Assembly (NCBI GenBank): GCA_964016885.1
Contig: OZ024743.1
Location: 42,656,001 to 42,720,000, forward strand
Direction: 5' to 3'
DNA: 64,000 nucleotides
Origin: Eledone cirrhosa
Taxonomy: Eukaryota
Part shown: positions 1 to 13,267 of the stretch, piece by piece
How the letters are laid out: the number at the start of each line of letters is the position of its first letter
How positions within the stretch are numbered: position 1 is the first letter of the stretch
Made by a program: the position numbers and the translations under genes
Notes under the pieces: generated by a model
Databases searched by the model: none
What the model was told of the DNA's origin: nothing
The model's input: only the letters and a program-made list of their open reading frames with translations

Positions 1-1807
1 GTTAGCTCAAATTTAGACAGTTAATTTTCCAAAGTGATCGCGCCAAGAATACATTCAAAAAGGTCTAAGATTTGTGACGTGGCAGCGGTCAAGTTAGAAA
101 GGATGTGATTAGTTGCTTACTGCTTGTGGGCTTTTTGCTAGAAAGCGCAGGCCATTACAGCCAAAATAATATCTCAAACTATCGGAAAATTATTACATAT
201 AAAGGTTTACATATATATATATATATAAATTCATAGATATATATGTGTTTTACAACGGGTCACTTTGTGGCTCAAAGAAGAATCAATAATTTAAATACCA
301 GAGCTATATATCATAAAACATGCCTATAGATTCACCAGATAAAATATATTCTGTTTCCTGTCCCAATTAGCATAATTAACCATTTACAAAATCAATTAGA
401 CCATGCTATAAGAATAAAGGCTCTTATGAAGAAATCTCGACAAATAACCGAAAGCAGCCCTTCGCAGCGGTTGCGACGGGGTATTTATCGAGTATTTCGA
501 CACCGTGTATAAATCGACCAGATATACAGTCAACTAAACAGAATTAGGTGTAAAATAAACTAGAAGAAAAGTGAACATATTTAGAAACCTCTACCATGGT
601 TTCGTCCGCATTTTAAGATATCCAATATCATTGGAAATCTAGAGTTTCGGACGCTTCAGGAGTTAGCTCAAATTTAGACAATTAATTTTCCAAAGTGATC
701 CCGCAATGAATACATTCAAAAATGGCTAAGTATTGTGACGTGGCAGCGGTCAAGTTAGAAAGGATGTGATTAGTTGCTTACTGCTGGTAGGCTTTTTGCT
801 AGAAAGCGCAGCCCAATACAGCCAAAATTGTATCTCAACCTAACGGGAGATTATTACATATAAAGGTTTACATATATATATAAAGTCATAGATATATATG
901 TGTTTTCCGACGGGTCACTTTGTGCCTCAATAAAGAATTAATAAATTAAATAATCAGAACTATATATCTTAAAACATGCCTATAGCATCACCAAATAAAA
1001 TCTATACCGTTTCCTCTCCCAATTAGCATAATTAACCTTATGAAAAATCAATTAGACCAAGCTATAAGAATAAAGGCTCTTATGAAGAAATCACCGCCAA
1101 ATAACCGGGCGCAGCCCTTAGCGACAGTTGCGACTAGGTATTTATCTATTATTTCGACAGCGTGTATAAATCGGCCAGATATAATGTCAACTAAACAGAA
1201 TTAGGTGTAAAATAAACTAGAAGAAAAGTGAACATATTTAGTGACCTCTACCATGGTTTCGGCCTCATTTTCAGATTTCCGATAACATTGGAAATTTAGA
1301 GTTTCGGACTCTTCAGTAGTTAGCTCAAATTTAGCCAATTAATTTTCGAAAGTGATCGCGCCAAGAATACATTCAAAAATGGCTAAGAATTGTGACGTGG
1401 CAGCGGTCAAGTTAGAAAGGATGTGATTAGTTGCTTACTGCTTGTAGGCCTTTTGCTAGAAAACGCAGCCCAATATAGCAAAAATTGTATCTCAACCTAA
1501 CGGGAGATTACATATCAATTAGACCATGCTAACATGAAACATGCCTATAGAATCACCAAATAAAATATATACCGTTTCCTCTCCCAATTAGCATAATTAA
1601 CCTTATGAAAAATCAATTTTACCAAGCTATAAGAATAAAGGCTCTTATGAAGAAATCTCCGACAAATAACCGAAAGCAGCCCTTCGCGGCGGTTGCGATG
1701 GGGTATATATCGAGTATTTCGACAGCGTGTATAAATCGACCAGATATACAGTCAACTAAACAGAATTAGGTGTGAAATAAACTAGAAGAAAAGTGAACAT
1801 ATTTAGT

Positions 1808-1889
1808 TACCTCTACCATGGTTTAGTCCGCATTTTAAGATATCCGATAACATTGGAAATCTAGAGTTTCGGACTCTTCAGGAGGTAGC
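1808..1889 (-). ncRNA. Type I hammerhead ribozyme motif, satellite copy (perfect stems I and II, GAAA mutated to TAAA)
   Basis: Minus strand: tacctc-CTGAAGA-gtccg...cggac-TAAA-ccatgg-TA-gaggta. Confidence 0.75.
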
Positions 1890-4800
1890 TCAAATTTAGA
1901 CAATTAGTTTTCCAAAGTGATCGCGCCAAGAATACATAAAAAAATGGCTAAGAATCGTGACGTGGCAGCGGTCAAGTGAGAAAGGATGTGATTAGTTGCT
2001 TACTACTTGTAAGCTTTTTGCTAGAAAACGCAGCCCAATACAGCCAAAATTGTATCTCAACCTAACGGAGATATTACATATAAAGGTTTACATATATATA
2101 TAAAGTCATAGATATATATGTGTCTTGTAACAGGTCACTTTGTGGCTCAATGAAGAATTAATAAATTAAATAATCAAAACTATATATCATAAAACATGCC
2201 TATAGAATCACCAGATACAATATATACCGCTTCCTCTCCCAATTAGCATAATTAACCATATAAAAATCAATTAGACCAATCTATAAGAATAAAGGCTCTT
2301 ATGAAGAAATCTCCGACAAATAACCGAAAGCAGCCCTTCGCGGCGGTTGCGACGGGGTATTTATCGAGTATTTCGACAGCGTGTATAAATCAACCAGATA
2401 TACAGTCAACAGAATTAGGTGTAAAATAAAATAGAAGAAAAGTAAACATATTTAGTTACCTCTACCATGGTTTCCTCGGCATTTTAAGATTTTAATATAA
2501 CATTGGAAATCTAGAGTTTCGGACTCTTCAGGAGTTAGCATCAATTTAGACAATTAATTTTCCAAAGTGATCGCGCCAAGAATACATTCAAAAATGGCTA
2601 AGAATCGTGACGTGGCAGCGGTCAAGTTGGAAAGGATGTGATTAGTTGCTTACTCATTGTAGGCTTTTTGCTAGAAAACGCAGCCTAATACAGCCAAAAT
2701 TGTATCTCAACCTAACGGGAGATTATTACATATAAAGTTTTACATATATATATGTATAAAGTCATAGATATATATGTGTTTTGCAACGGGTCACTTTATG
2801 GCTCAATGAAGAATTAGCAAATTAAATAATCAGAGCTATATATCATAAAACATGCCTATAGATTCACCAGATAAATATATACCGTTACCTCTCCCAATTA
2901 GCATAATTAACCATATAAAAAATCAAATAGACCAAGCTATAAGAATAAAGGATCTTATGAAGAAATCTCCGACAAATAACCGAAAGCAGGCCTTCGCGGC
3001 CGTCGCGACGCGGTATTTATCGAGTATTTCGACAGCGTGTATAAATCGACCAGATATACAGTCAACTAAACAGAATTAGGTGTAAAATGAAATAGAAGAA
3101 AAGTGAACATATTTACTTACCTCTACCACGGATTCGTCCGCATTTTAAGATATGCGATAACATTGGAAATCTAGAGTTTCGGACGCTTCAGGAGTTAGCT
3201 CAAATTTAGACAATTAAATTTCCAAAGTGATCGCGCCAAGAATACATTAAAAAATGGCTAAGAATTGTGTCGTGGCATAGGTCAAGTTAGAAAGGATGTG
3301 ATTAGTTGCTTACTGCTTATAGGCTTTTTGCCAGAAAGCGTAGTCCAATACAGCCAAAATTGTATCTCAACCTAACGGGAGATTATTACATATAAAAGTT
3401 TACATATATATATAAAGTCATAGATATATATGTGTTTTGCAACGGGTCACTTTGTGGCTCAATGAAGAATTAATAAATTAAATAATCAGAGCTGTATATC
3501 ATGAAACATGCCTATAGAATCACCAAATAAAATATATACAGTTTCCTCTCCCAATTAGCATAATTAACCTTATGAAAAATCAATTAGACCAAGCTATAAG
3601 AATAAAGGCTCTTATGAAGAAATCTCCAACAAATAACCGAAAGCAGCCCTTCGCGGCGGTTGCGATGGGGTATATATCGAGTATTTCGACAGCGTGTATA
3701 AATCGACCAGATATACACTCAACTAAACAGAATTAGGTGTGAAATAAACTAGAAGAAAAGTGAACATATTTAGTTACCTCTACCATGGTTTAGTCCGCAT
3801 TTTAAGATATCCGATAACATTGGAAATCTAGAGTTTCGGACTCTTCAGGTGTTAGCTCAAATTTAGACAGTTAATTTTCCAAAGTGATCGCGCCAAGAAT
3901 ACATTCAAAAAGGTCTAAGATTTGTGACGTGGCAGCGGTCAAGTTAGAAAGGATATGATTAGTTGCTTACTGCTTGTGGGCTTTTTGCTAGAAAGCGCAG
4001 GCCATTACAGCCAAAATAATATCTCAAACTAACGGAAGATTATTACATATAAAGGTTTACATATATATATATATATAAATTCATAGATATATATGTGTTT
4101 TACAACGGGTCACTTTGTGGCTCAAAGAAGAATCAATAAATTAAATAATCGGAGCTATATATCATAAAACATGCCTATAGAATCACCAAATAAAATATAT
4201 ACAGTTTCCTCTCCCAATTAGCATAATTAACCTTATGAAAAATCAATTAGACCAAGCTATAAGAATAAAGGCTCTTATGAAGAAATCTCCAACAAATAAC
4301 CGAAAGCAGCCCTTCGCGGCGGTTGCGATGGGGTATATATCGAGTATTTCGACAGCGTGTATAAATCGACCAGATATACACTCAACTAAACAGAATTAGG
4401 TGTGAAATAAACTAGAAGAAAAGTGAACATATTTAGTTACCTCTACCATGGTTTAGTCCGCATTTTAAGATATCCGATAACATTGGAAATCTAGAGTTTC
4501 GGACTCTTCAGGTGTTAGCTCAAATTTAGACAGTTAATTTTCCAAAGTGATCGCGCCAAGAATACATTCAAAAAGGTCTAAGATTTGTGACGTGGCAGCG
4601 GTCAAGTTAGAAAGGATGTGATTAGTTGCTTACTGCTTGTGGGCTTTTTGCTAGAAAGCGCAGGCCATTACAGCCAAAATAATATCTCAAACTAACGGAA
4701 GATTATTACATATAAAGGTTTACATATATATATATATATAAATTCATAGATATATATGTGTTTTACAACGGGTCACTTTGTGGCTCAAAGAAGAATCAAT

Positions 4801-7732
4801 AAATTAAATAATCGGAGCTATATATCATAAAACATGCCTATAGAATCACCAAATAAAATATATACAGTTTCCTCTCCCAATTAGCATAATTAACCTTATG
4901 AAAAATCAATTAGACCAAGCTATAAGAATAAAGGCTCTTATGAAGAAATCTCCAACAAATAACCGAAAGCAGCCCTTCGCGGCGGTTGCGATGGGGTATA
5001 TATCGAGTATTTCGACAGCGTGTATAAATCGACCAGATATACACTCAACTAAACAGAATTAGGTGTGAAATAAACTAGAAGAAAAGTGAACATATTTAGT
5101 TACCTCTACCATGGTTTAGTCCGCATTTTAAGATATCCGATAACATTGGAAATCTAGAGTTTCGGACTCTTCAGGTGTTAGCTCAAATTTAGACAGTTAA
5201 TTTTCCAAAGTGATCGCGCCAAGAATACATTCAAAAAGGTCTAAGATTTGTGACGTGGCAGCGGTCAAGTTAGAAAGGATGTGATTAGTTGCTTACTGCT
5301 TGTGGGCTTTTTGCTAGAAAGCGCAGGCCATTACAGCCAAAATAATATCTCAAACTAACGGAAGATTATTACATATAAAGGTTTACATATATATATATAT
5401 ATAAATTCATAGATATATATGTGTTTTACAACGGGTCACTTTGTGGCTCAAAGAAGAATCAATAAATTAAATAATCGGAGCTATATATCATAAAACATGC
5501 CTATAGAATCACCAGATAAAATATATACTGTTTCCTGTCCCAATTAGCATAATTAACCATTTACAAAATCAATTAGAACATGCTATAAGAATAAAGGCTC
5601 TTATGAAGAAATCTCGACAAATAACCGAAAGCAGCCCTTCGCAGCGGTTGCGACGGGGTATTTATCGAGTATTTCGACACCGTGTATAAATCGACCAGAT
5701 ATACACTCAACTAAACAGAATTAGGTGTGAAATAAACTAGAAGAAAAGTGAACATATTTAGTTACCTCTACCATGGTTTAGTCCACATTTTAAGATATCC
5801 GATAACATTGGAAATCTAGAGTTTCGGACTCTTCAAGAGGTAGCTCAAATTTAGACAATTAATTTTCCAAAGTGATCGCGCCAAGAATACATTAAAAAAT
5901 GGCTAAGAATCGTGACGTGGCAGCGGCCAAGTGAGAAAGGATGTGATTAGTTGCTTACTACTTGTAAGCTTTTTGCTAGAAAACGCAGCCCAATACAGCC
6001 AAAATTGTATCTCAACCTAACGGAGATATTACATATAAAGGTTTACATATATATATAAAGTCATAGATATATATGTGTCTTGCAACAGGTCACTTTGTGG
6101 CTCAATGAAGAATTAATAAATTAAATAATCAAAACTATATATCATAAAACATGCCTATAGAATCACCAGATACAATATATACCGCTTCCTCTCACAATTA
6201 GCATAATTAACCATATAAAAATCAATTAGACCAATCTATAAGAATAAAGGCTCTTATGAAGAAATCTCCGACAAATAACCGAAAGCAGCCCTTCGCGGCG
6301 GTTGCGACGGGGTATTTATCGAGTATTTCGACAGCGTGTATAAATCAACCAGATATACAGTCAACAGAATTAGGTGTAAAATAAAATAGAAGAAAAGTAA
6401 ACATATTTAGTTACCTCTACCATGGTTTCCTCGGCATTTTAAGATTTTAATATAACATTGGAAATCTAGAGTTTCGGACTCTTCAGGAGTTAGCATCAAT
6501 TTAGACAATTAATTTTCCAAAGTGATCGCGCCAAGAATACATTCAAAAATGGCTAAGAATCGTGACGTGGCAGCGGTCAAGTTGGAAAGGATGTGATTAG
6601 TTGCTTACTCATTGTAGGCTTTTTGCTAGAAAACGCAGCCTAATACAGCCAAAATTGTATCTCAACCTAACGGGAGATTATTACATATAAAGTTTTACAT
6701 ATATATATGTATAAAGTCATAGATATATATGTGTTTTGACGACGGGTCACTTTATGGCTCAATGAAGAATTAGCAAATTAAATAATCAGAGCTATATATC
6801 ATAAAACATGCCTATAGATTCACCAGATAAATATATACCGTTACCTCTCCCAATTAGCATAATTAACCATATAAAAAATCAAATAGACCAAGCTATAAGA
6901 ATAAAGGATCTTATGAAGAAATCTCCGACAAATAACCGAAAGCAGGCCTTCGCGGCCGTCGCGACGCGGTATTTATCGAGTATTTCGACAGCGTGTATAA
7001 ATCGACCAGATATAAAGTCAACTAAACAGAATTAGGTGTAAAATGAAATAGAAGAAAAGTGAACATATTTACTTACCTCTACCACGGATTCGTCCGCATT
7101 TTAAGATATGCGATAACATTGGAAATCTAGAGTTTCGGTCTCTTCAGGATTTAGCTCAAATTTAGACAATTAATTTTCAAAAGTGATCCCGCCAAGAATA
7201 CATAAAAAAATGGCTAAGAATGGTGACGTGGTAGCTTCAAGTTGGAAAGGATGTGATTAGTTGTTTACTGCTTGTAGGCCTTTTGCTAGAAAACGCAGCC
7301 CAATATAACAAAAATTGTATCTCAACCTAACACGAGATTATTACATATAAAGGCTTACATATATATATATATAAAGTCATAGATATATATGTGTCTTGCA
7401 ACAGGTCACTTTGTGGCTCAATGAAGTATTAATAAATTAAATAATCAAAACTATATATCATAAAACATGCCTATAGAATCACCAGATACAATATATACCG
7501 CTTCCTCTCCCAATTAGCATAATTAACCATATAAAAATCAATTAGACCATGCTATAAGAATAAAGGCTCTTATGAAGAAATCTCCGACAAATAACCGAAA
7601 GCAGCCCTTCGCAGCGGTTGCGACGGGATATTTATCGAGTATTTCGACACCGTGTATAAATCAACCAGATATACAGTCAACTAAAAAGAATTAGGTGTAA
7701 AATAAACTAGAAGAAAAGTGAACATATTTAGT

Positions 7733-7813
7733 TACCTCTACCATGGTTTCATCCGCATTTTAAGATATCCGATAACATTGGAAATCTAGAGTTTCGGACT
7801 CTTCAGGTGTTAG
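7733..7813 (-). ncRNA. Type I hammerhead ribozyme motif, satellite copy with intact core
   Basis: Minus strand: acac-CTGAAGA-gtccg...cggat-GAAA-ccatgg-TA-gagg; palindromic stem III ACCATGGT, GUA cleavage triplet; stem I weak in this copy. Confidence 0.75.
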
Positions 7814-10800
7814 CTCAAATTTAGACAGTTAATTTTCCAAAGTGATCGCGCCAAGAATACATTCAAAAAGGTCTAAGATTTGTGACGTGGCAGCGGTCAA
7901 GTTAGAAAGGATGTGATTAGTTGCTTACTGCTTGTGGGCTTTTTGCTAGAAAGCGCAGGCCATTACAGCCAAAATAATATCTCAAACTAACGGAAGATTA
8001 TTACATATAAAGGTTTACATATATATATATATATAAATTCATAGATATATATGTGTTTTACAACGGGTCACTTTGTGGCTCAAAGAAGAATCAATAAATT
8101 AAATAATCAGAGCTATATATCATAAAACATGCCTATAGAATCACCAGATAAAATATATACTGTTTCCTGTCCCAATTAGCATAATTAACCATTTACAAAA
8201 TCAATTAGACCATGCTATAAGAATAAAGGCTCTTATGAAGAAATCTCCGACAAATAACCGAAAGCAGCCCTTCGCAGCGGTTGCGACGGGGTATTTATCG
8301 AGTATTTCGACAGCGTGTATAAATCGACCAGATATACAGTCAACTAAACAGAATTAGGTGTAAAATAAACTAGAAGAAAAGTGAACATATTTAGTAACCA
8401 CTACCATGGTTTCGTCCGCATTTTAAGATATCCGATATCATTGGAAATCTAGAGTTTCGGACGCTTCGGGAGTTAGCTCAAATTTAGACAATTAATTTTC
8501 CAAAGTGATCCCGCCAAGAATACATTCAAAAATGGCTAAGTATTGTGACGTGGCAGCGGTCAAGTTAGAAAGGATGTGATTAGTTGCTTACTGCTTGTAG
8601 ACTTTTTGCTAGAAAGCGCAGCCCAATACAGCCAAAATTGTATCTCAACCTAACGGGAGATTATTACATATAAAGGTTTACATATATATATAGATATATA
8701 TAAAGTCATAGATATATATGTGGTTTCCAACGGGTCACTTTGTGGCTCAATAAAGAATTAATAAATTAAATAATCAGAACTATATATCTTAAAACATGCC
8801 TATAGCATCACCAAATAAAATCTATACCGTTTCCTCTCCCAATTAGCATAATTAACCTTATGAAAAATCAATTAGACCAAGCTATAAGAATAAAGGCTCT
8901 TATGAAGAAATCACCGCCAAATAACCGGGCGCAGCCCTTCGCGACAGTTGCGACTGGGTATTTATCTATTATTTCGACAGCGTGTATAAATCGGCCAGAT
9001 ATAATGTCAACTAAACAGAATTAGGTGTAAAATAAACTAGAAGAAAAGTGAACATATTTAGTGACCTCTACCATGGTTTCATCCGCATTTTCAGATTTCC
9101 GATAACATTGGAAATTTAGAGTTTCGGACTCTTCAGTAGTTAGCTCAAATTTAGCCAATTAATTTTCGAAAGTGATCGCGCCAAGAATACATTCAAAAAT
9201 GGCTAAGAATTGTGACGTGGCAGCGGTCAAGTTAGAAAGGATGTGATTAGTTGCTTACTGCTTGTAGGCCTTTTGCTAGAAAACGCAGCCCAATATAGCA
9301 AAAATTGTATCTCAACCTAACGGAAGATTACATATCAATTAGACCATGCTATGAGAAGAAAGGCTCTTATGAAGAAATCTCCGACAAATAACAGAAAGCA
9401 GCCCTTCGCAGCGGTTACGACGGGGTATTTATCGAGTATTTCGACAGCGTGTATAAATCGACCAGATATACAGTCAACTAAACAGAATTAGGTGTAAAAT
9501 AAATTAGAAGAATGTGAACATATTTATTACCTCTACCATGGTTTCGTCCGCATTTTAAGATATTCGATAACATTGGAAATTTAGAGTTTCGGACGCTTCA
9601 GGAGTTAGCTCAAATTTAGACAATTAATTTTCCAAAGTGATCGCGCCAAGAATACATTAAAAAATGGCTAAGAATTGTGTCGTGGCAGAGGTCAAGTTAG
9701 AAAGGATGTGATTAGTTGCTTACTGCTTATAGGCTTTTTGCCAGAAAGCGCAGCCCAATACAGCCAAAATTGTATCTCAACCTAACGGGAGATTATTACA
9801 TATAAAAGTTTACATATATATATAAAGTCATAGATATATATGTGTTTTGCAACGGGTCACTTTGTGGCTCAATGAAGAATTAATAAATTAAATAATCAGA
9901 GCTGTATATCATGAAACATGCCTATAGAATCACCAAATAAAATATATGCCGTTTCCTCTCCCAATTAGCATAATTAACCTTATGAAAAATCAATTAGACC
10001 AAGCTATAAGAATAAAGGCTCTTATGAAGAAATCTCCGACAAATAACCGAAAGCAGCCCTTCGCGGCGGTTGCGATGGGGTATATATCGAGTATTTCGAC
10101 AGCGTGTATATATCGACCAGATATACAGTCAACTAAACAGAATTAGGTGTGAAATAAACTAGAAGAAAAGTGAACATATTTAGTTACCTCTACCATGGTT
10201 TAGTCAGCATTTTAAGATATCCGATAACATTGGAAATCTAGAGTTTCGGACTCTTCATGAGGTAGCTCAAATTTAGACAATTAATTTTCCAAAGTGATCG
10301 CGCCAAGAATACATAAAAAAATGGCTAAGAATCGTGACGTGGCAGCGGTCAAGTGAGAAAGGATGAGATTAGTTGCTTACTACTTGTAAGCTTTTTGCTA
10401 GAAAACGCAGCCCAATACAGCCAAAATTGTATCTCAACCTAACGGAGATATTACATATAAAGGTTTACATATATATATAAAGTCATAGATATATATGTGT
10501 CTTGCAACAGGTCACTTTGTGGCTCAATGAAGAATTAATAAATTAAATAATCAAAACTATATATCATAAAACATGCCTATAGAATCACCAGATACAATAT
10601 ATACCGCTTCCTCTCCCAATTAGCATAATTAACCATATAAAAATCAATTAGACCAATCTATAAGAATAAAGGCTCTTATGAAGAAATCTCCGACAAATAA
10701 CCGAAAGCAGCCCTTCGCGGCGGTTGCGACGGTGTATTTATCGAGCATTTCGATAGCGTGTATAATTCGACTAGATATACAGTCAACTGAAGAGAATTAG

Positions 10801-11151
10801 GTGTAAAATAAACTAGAAGAAAAGTGAACATATTTAGTTACCTCAAATTTAGACAATTAATTTTCCAAAGTGATCGCGTCAAGAATACATTCAAAAATGG
10901 CTAAGAATCGTGACGTGGCAGTGGTCAAGTTAGAAAGGATGCAATTAGTTGCTTACTGCTTGTAGGCTTTTTGCTAGAAAACGCAGCCCAATACAGCCGT
11001 AAATTGTATCTCAACCTAACGGGAGATATTACATATAAAGGTTTACATATATATATATAAAGTCATAGATATATATGTGTTTTGCAACGGGTCAAATTGT
11101 GGCTGAACGAAGAATCGCGCCAAGAATACATTCAAAAATGGCTAAGAATCG

Positions 11152-11288
11152 GGAAACGGTATATATTTTATTTGGTAATTCTATAGGCATGTTCTATGAT
11201 ATATAGCCCTGATTATTTAATTTATTAATTCTTAATTGAGTCACAAAGTGACCCATATCTATGACTTTATATATATATATATGTAAAC

Positions 11289-11295
<7 letters not shown>
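11152..11295 (-). repeat. Inverted fragment of the satellite unit terminating the array
   Basis: ggaaacggtatatattttatttgg...ctataggcatg...cacaaagtgaccc...atgtaaac is the reverse complement of the middle of the unit. Confidence 0.9.

Positions 11296-11356
<61 letters not shown>
11292..11356. repeat. (TA)n microsatellite
   Basis: Direct reading. Confidence 0.95.
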
Positions 11357-11359
<3 letters not shown>

Positions 11360-11469
11360 TAAAAGGAAAAGAAAATGCTGACAAACTGTTTCCAGTGAAA
11401 AATAGTTTAATTAGGAATAAGTAAAAATGAGTAATAAGTATTGGTTAATATTCAGATTTGGTTTAAAGT

Positions 11470-11505
11470 TTTTACCGGTTGCGCATTTCTAAGGCTTTTC
11501 AAAAA
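11470..11505 (-). ncRNA. Degenerate minimal hammerhead-like motif (UUGAAAA core, GCAA); inverted partner at 13713-13749 (+)
   Basis: Minus strand: ttt-TTGAAAA-gcctt aga aatgc-GCAA-ccgg-TA-aaa; partner has a perfect gcatt/aatgc stem II but has lost G5. Confidence 0.45.
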
Positions 11506-11659
11506 TAATTTTGAGGTAGAGCGCCTGTGATGTTTGCTCTAATCTGATCAGTTTGGGAAATTCTACCTTTTTTATTTGAAAAAAGTGGATCCAGTGGTAT
11601 TAAAATAAGTTTCGCGCCAATTCGTGTTGCAAACATCCTTGCAGTCAAAATAATTTTGA

Positions 11660-12571
11660 TTGGTCGGTAGACCCCAAAAAATAGGAACAGACATATACTA
11701 CAAGCCCACACACTCCAAGCATTATCTTCCTTTCAACTCTTGCCACCCTAGACACGTTAAAATTAATATTCCCTACAACTTAGCCAAGAGAATCTGTACC
11801 ATAGTCTCCAATAAAAACACCTGTTACTCACGGCTGCAAGAACTAAAGGACACACTCATAGGCAGGGACTACCCTGCATCACTAATTGACAATGGAATCC
11901 AACGTGCCCTAAACCTCAGTACCCAGGACCTTAGACAACATAAAGTAAATCAACCGAAACTAAAAGCTCTTCCATACTTCTCCACACAAATCCCCCTCAA
12001 CAATGAGGCCTTTGACACCATCCTCCTGTGTTAAAAAAGGACCATAGAATGAACCAAATCCTTCGAACACACGATATCATAAAGAGCAAAAGACAATCTA
12101 AGTCAATGAAAAACATCCTAACACATGCCAAAGTACTGCCAACCACAACAACGAAACCCACAGTAAAAGAAATGCGATAGACCCAAATGTGGCATATGCA
12201 TCAACCTAATAGAGGGTTCGGAATTCTATTTCAAAGAAGGACAACGTTTTATAGTAAAACACAATTTCACATGCGGATCAGAAAATCTAATATATGTATT
12301 AAATTGCTCAGATTGTCGAGAACAATACATAGGCCAGACCAAAAAAAGGCTCCGCCAACGTATGACTGTCCATAGATCCCAAATTAAAATACGGGAATAC
12401 ACGAAAATACCACTGAGTGAACACAGTGATACCTGTGCCGCCCAAAATCATCCCAACTTCAGAATCTTTCCCCTCTACAAATTTAAATATAATGTCACCT
12501 ACACCCAGCGTATCAGCAAGCAATCTCACTTTATTAACAAATACGGACCCCGTCTAAACACTTCTCCCTAA
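11660..12571 (+). pseudogene. Frameshifted PLE RT thumb plus GIY-YIG endonuclease
   Basis: ORFs 11660-12034 and 12362-12571 plus intervening frames. Confidence 0.85.
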
Positions 12572-13222
12572 GACGAACCCACAACATACACACGTCAATA
12601 TACATACCTACATCAGCATACATCCTAGATACATTTCTATCCACATATAAACACAATGACATACGTAAATACACATGTTCTATGGTGCAACACAAATATA
12701 CACAAATGTGCATACCTTTTGATGTCTAGAGATATAAACGTGCCGACACACACACATACATATACGCACACATGCATTGCACACCGATGGGCACATACAC
12801 ATTTGTACACAAGTATTCCAATACGGCAGGGCCTAATGGATTCCCCTTGCAGTACGTACAATCTGGACACTCACACACACCTTGGTGTTATGACAATAAT
12901 ATATATCATTTCACATTTTTATTATTAATGTTTTTGATGTTCTCTTGAGAGAATCGTTTTTGTTGAAAATATCGAATAATGTACACCATTTTTACTAGTA
13001 TCACAAAAATACTGGTCCACACACACACACACATACACACATATACACACACACGCGTATATATACACACACACATACACAGGCGTACACTAACATACAA
13101 AGAGACATACACACACACACTTCTCCGTATAAGACAAGAGCTGAAAAAATCTTTCAACATGTTAAAATATCCCCCACACACGTACAGACATATTCCTACT
13201 GTCCGATCCCTCTACCACTAAT

Positions 13223-13267
<45 letters not shown>

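Larger units (their letters stand above)
1..11150. repeat. Tandem array of a ~660-bp unit (~17 units, runs off the window start); each unit contains a hammerhead ribozyme motif on the minus strand
   Basis: Unit start gttagctcaaatttagaca (or variants) recurs at ~1, 662, 1319, 1884, 2534, 3194, 3851, 4514, 5177, 5839, 6489, 7150, 7809, 8472, 9139, 9604, 10261; spacing mostly 650-667 bp, with two shortened units. Confidence 0.97.

Noticed and set aside
2852-10146. Repeated 66-75 aa ORFs (MPIDSPDK...) in the satellite
   Set aside because: Open in only 3 of ~17 units, with stops or frameshifts in the rest; no recognisable motif; antisense to the HHR
1-11150. CRISPR array or rDNA/5S/histone tandem cluster
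   Set aside because: No short repeat/unique spacer pattern, no cas genes, eukaryotic context, and no rRNA, snRNA or histone similarity seen
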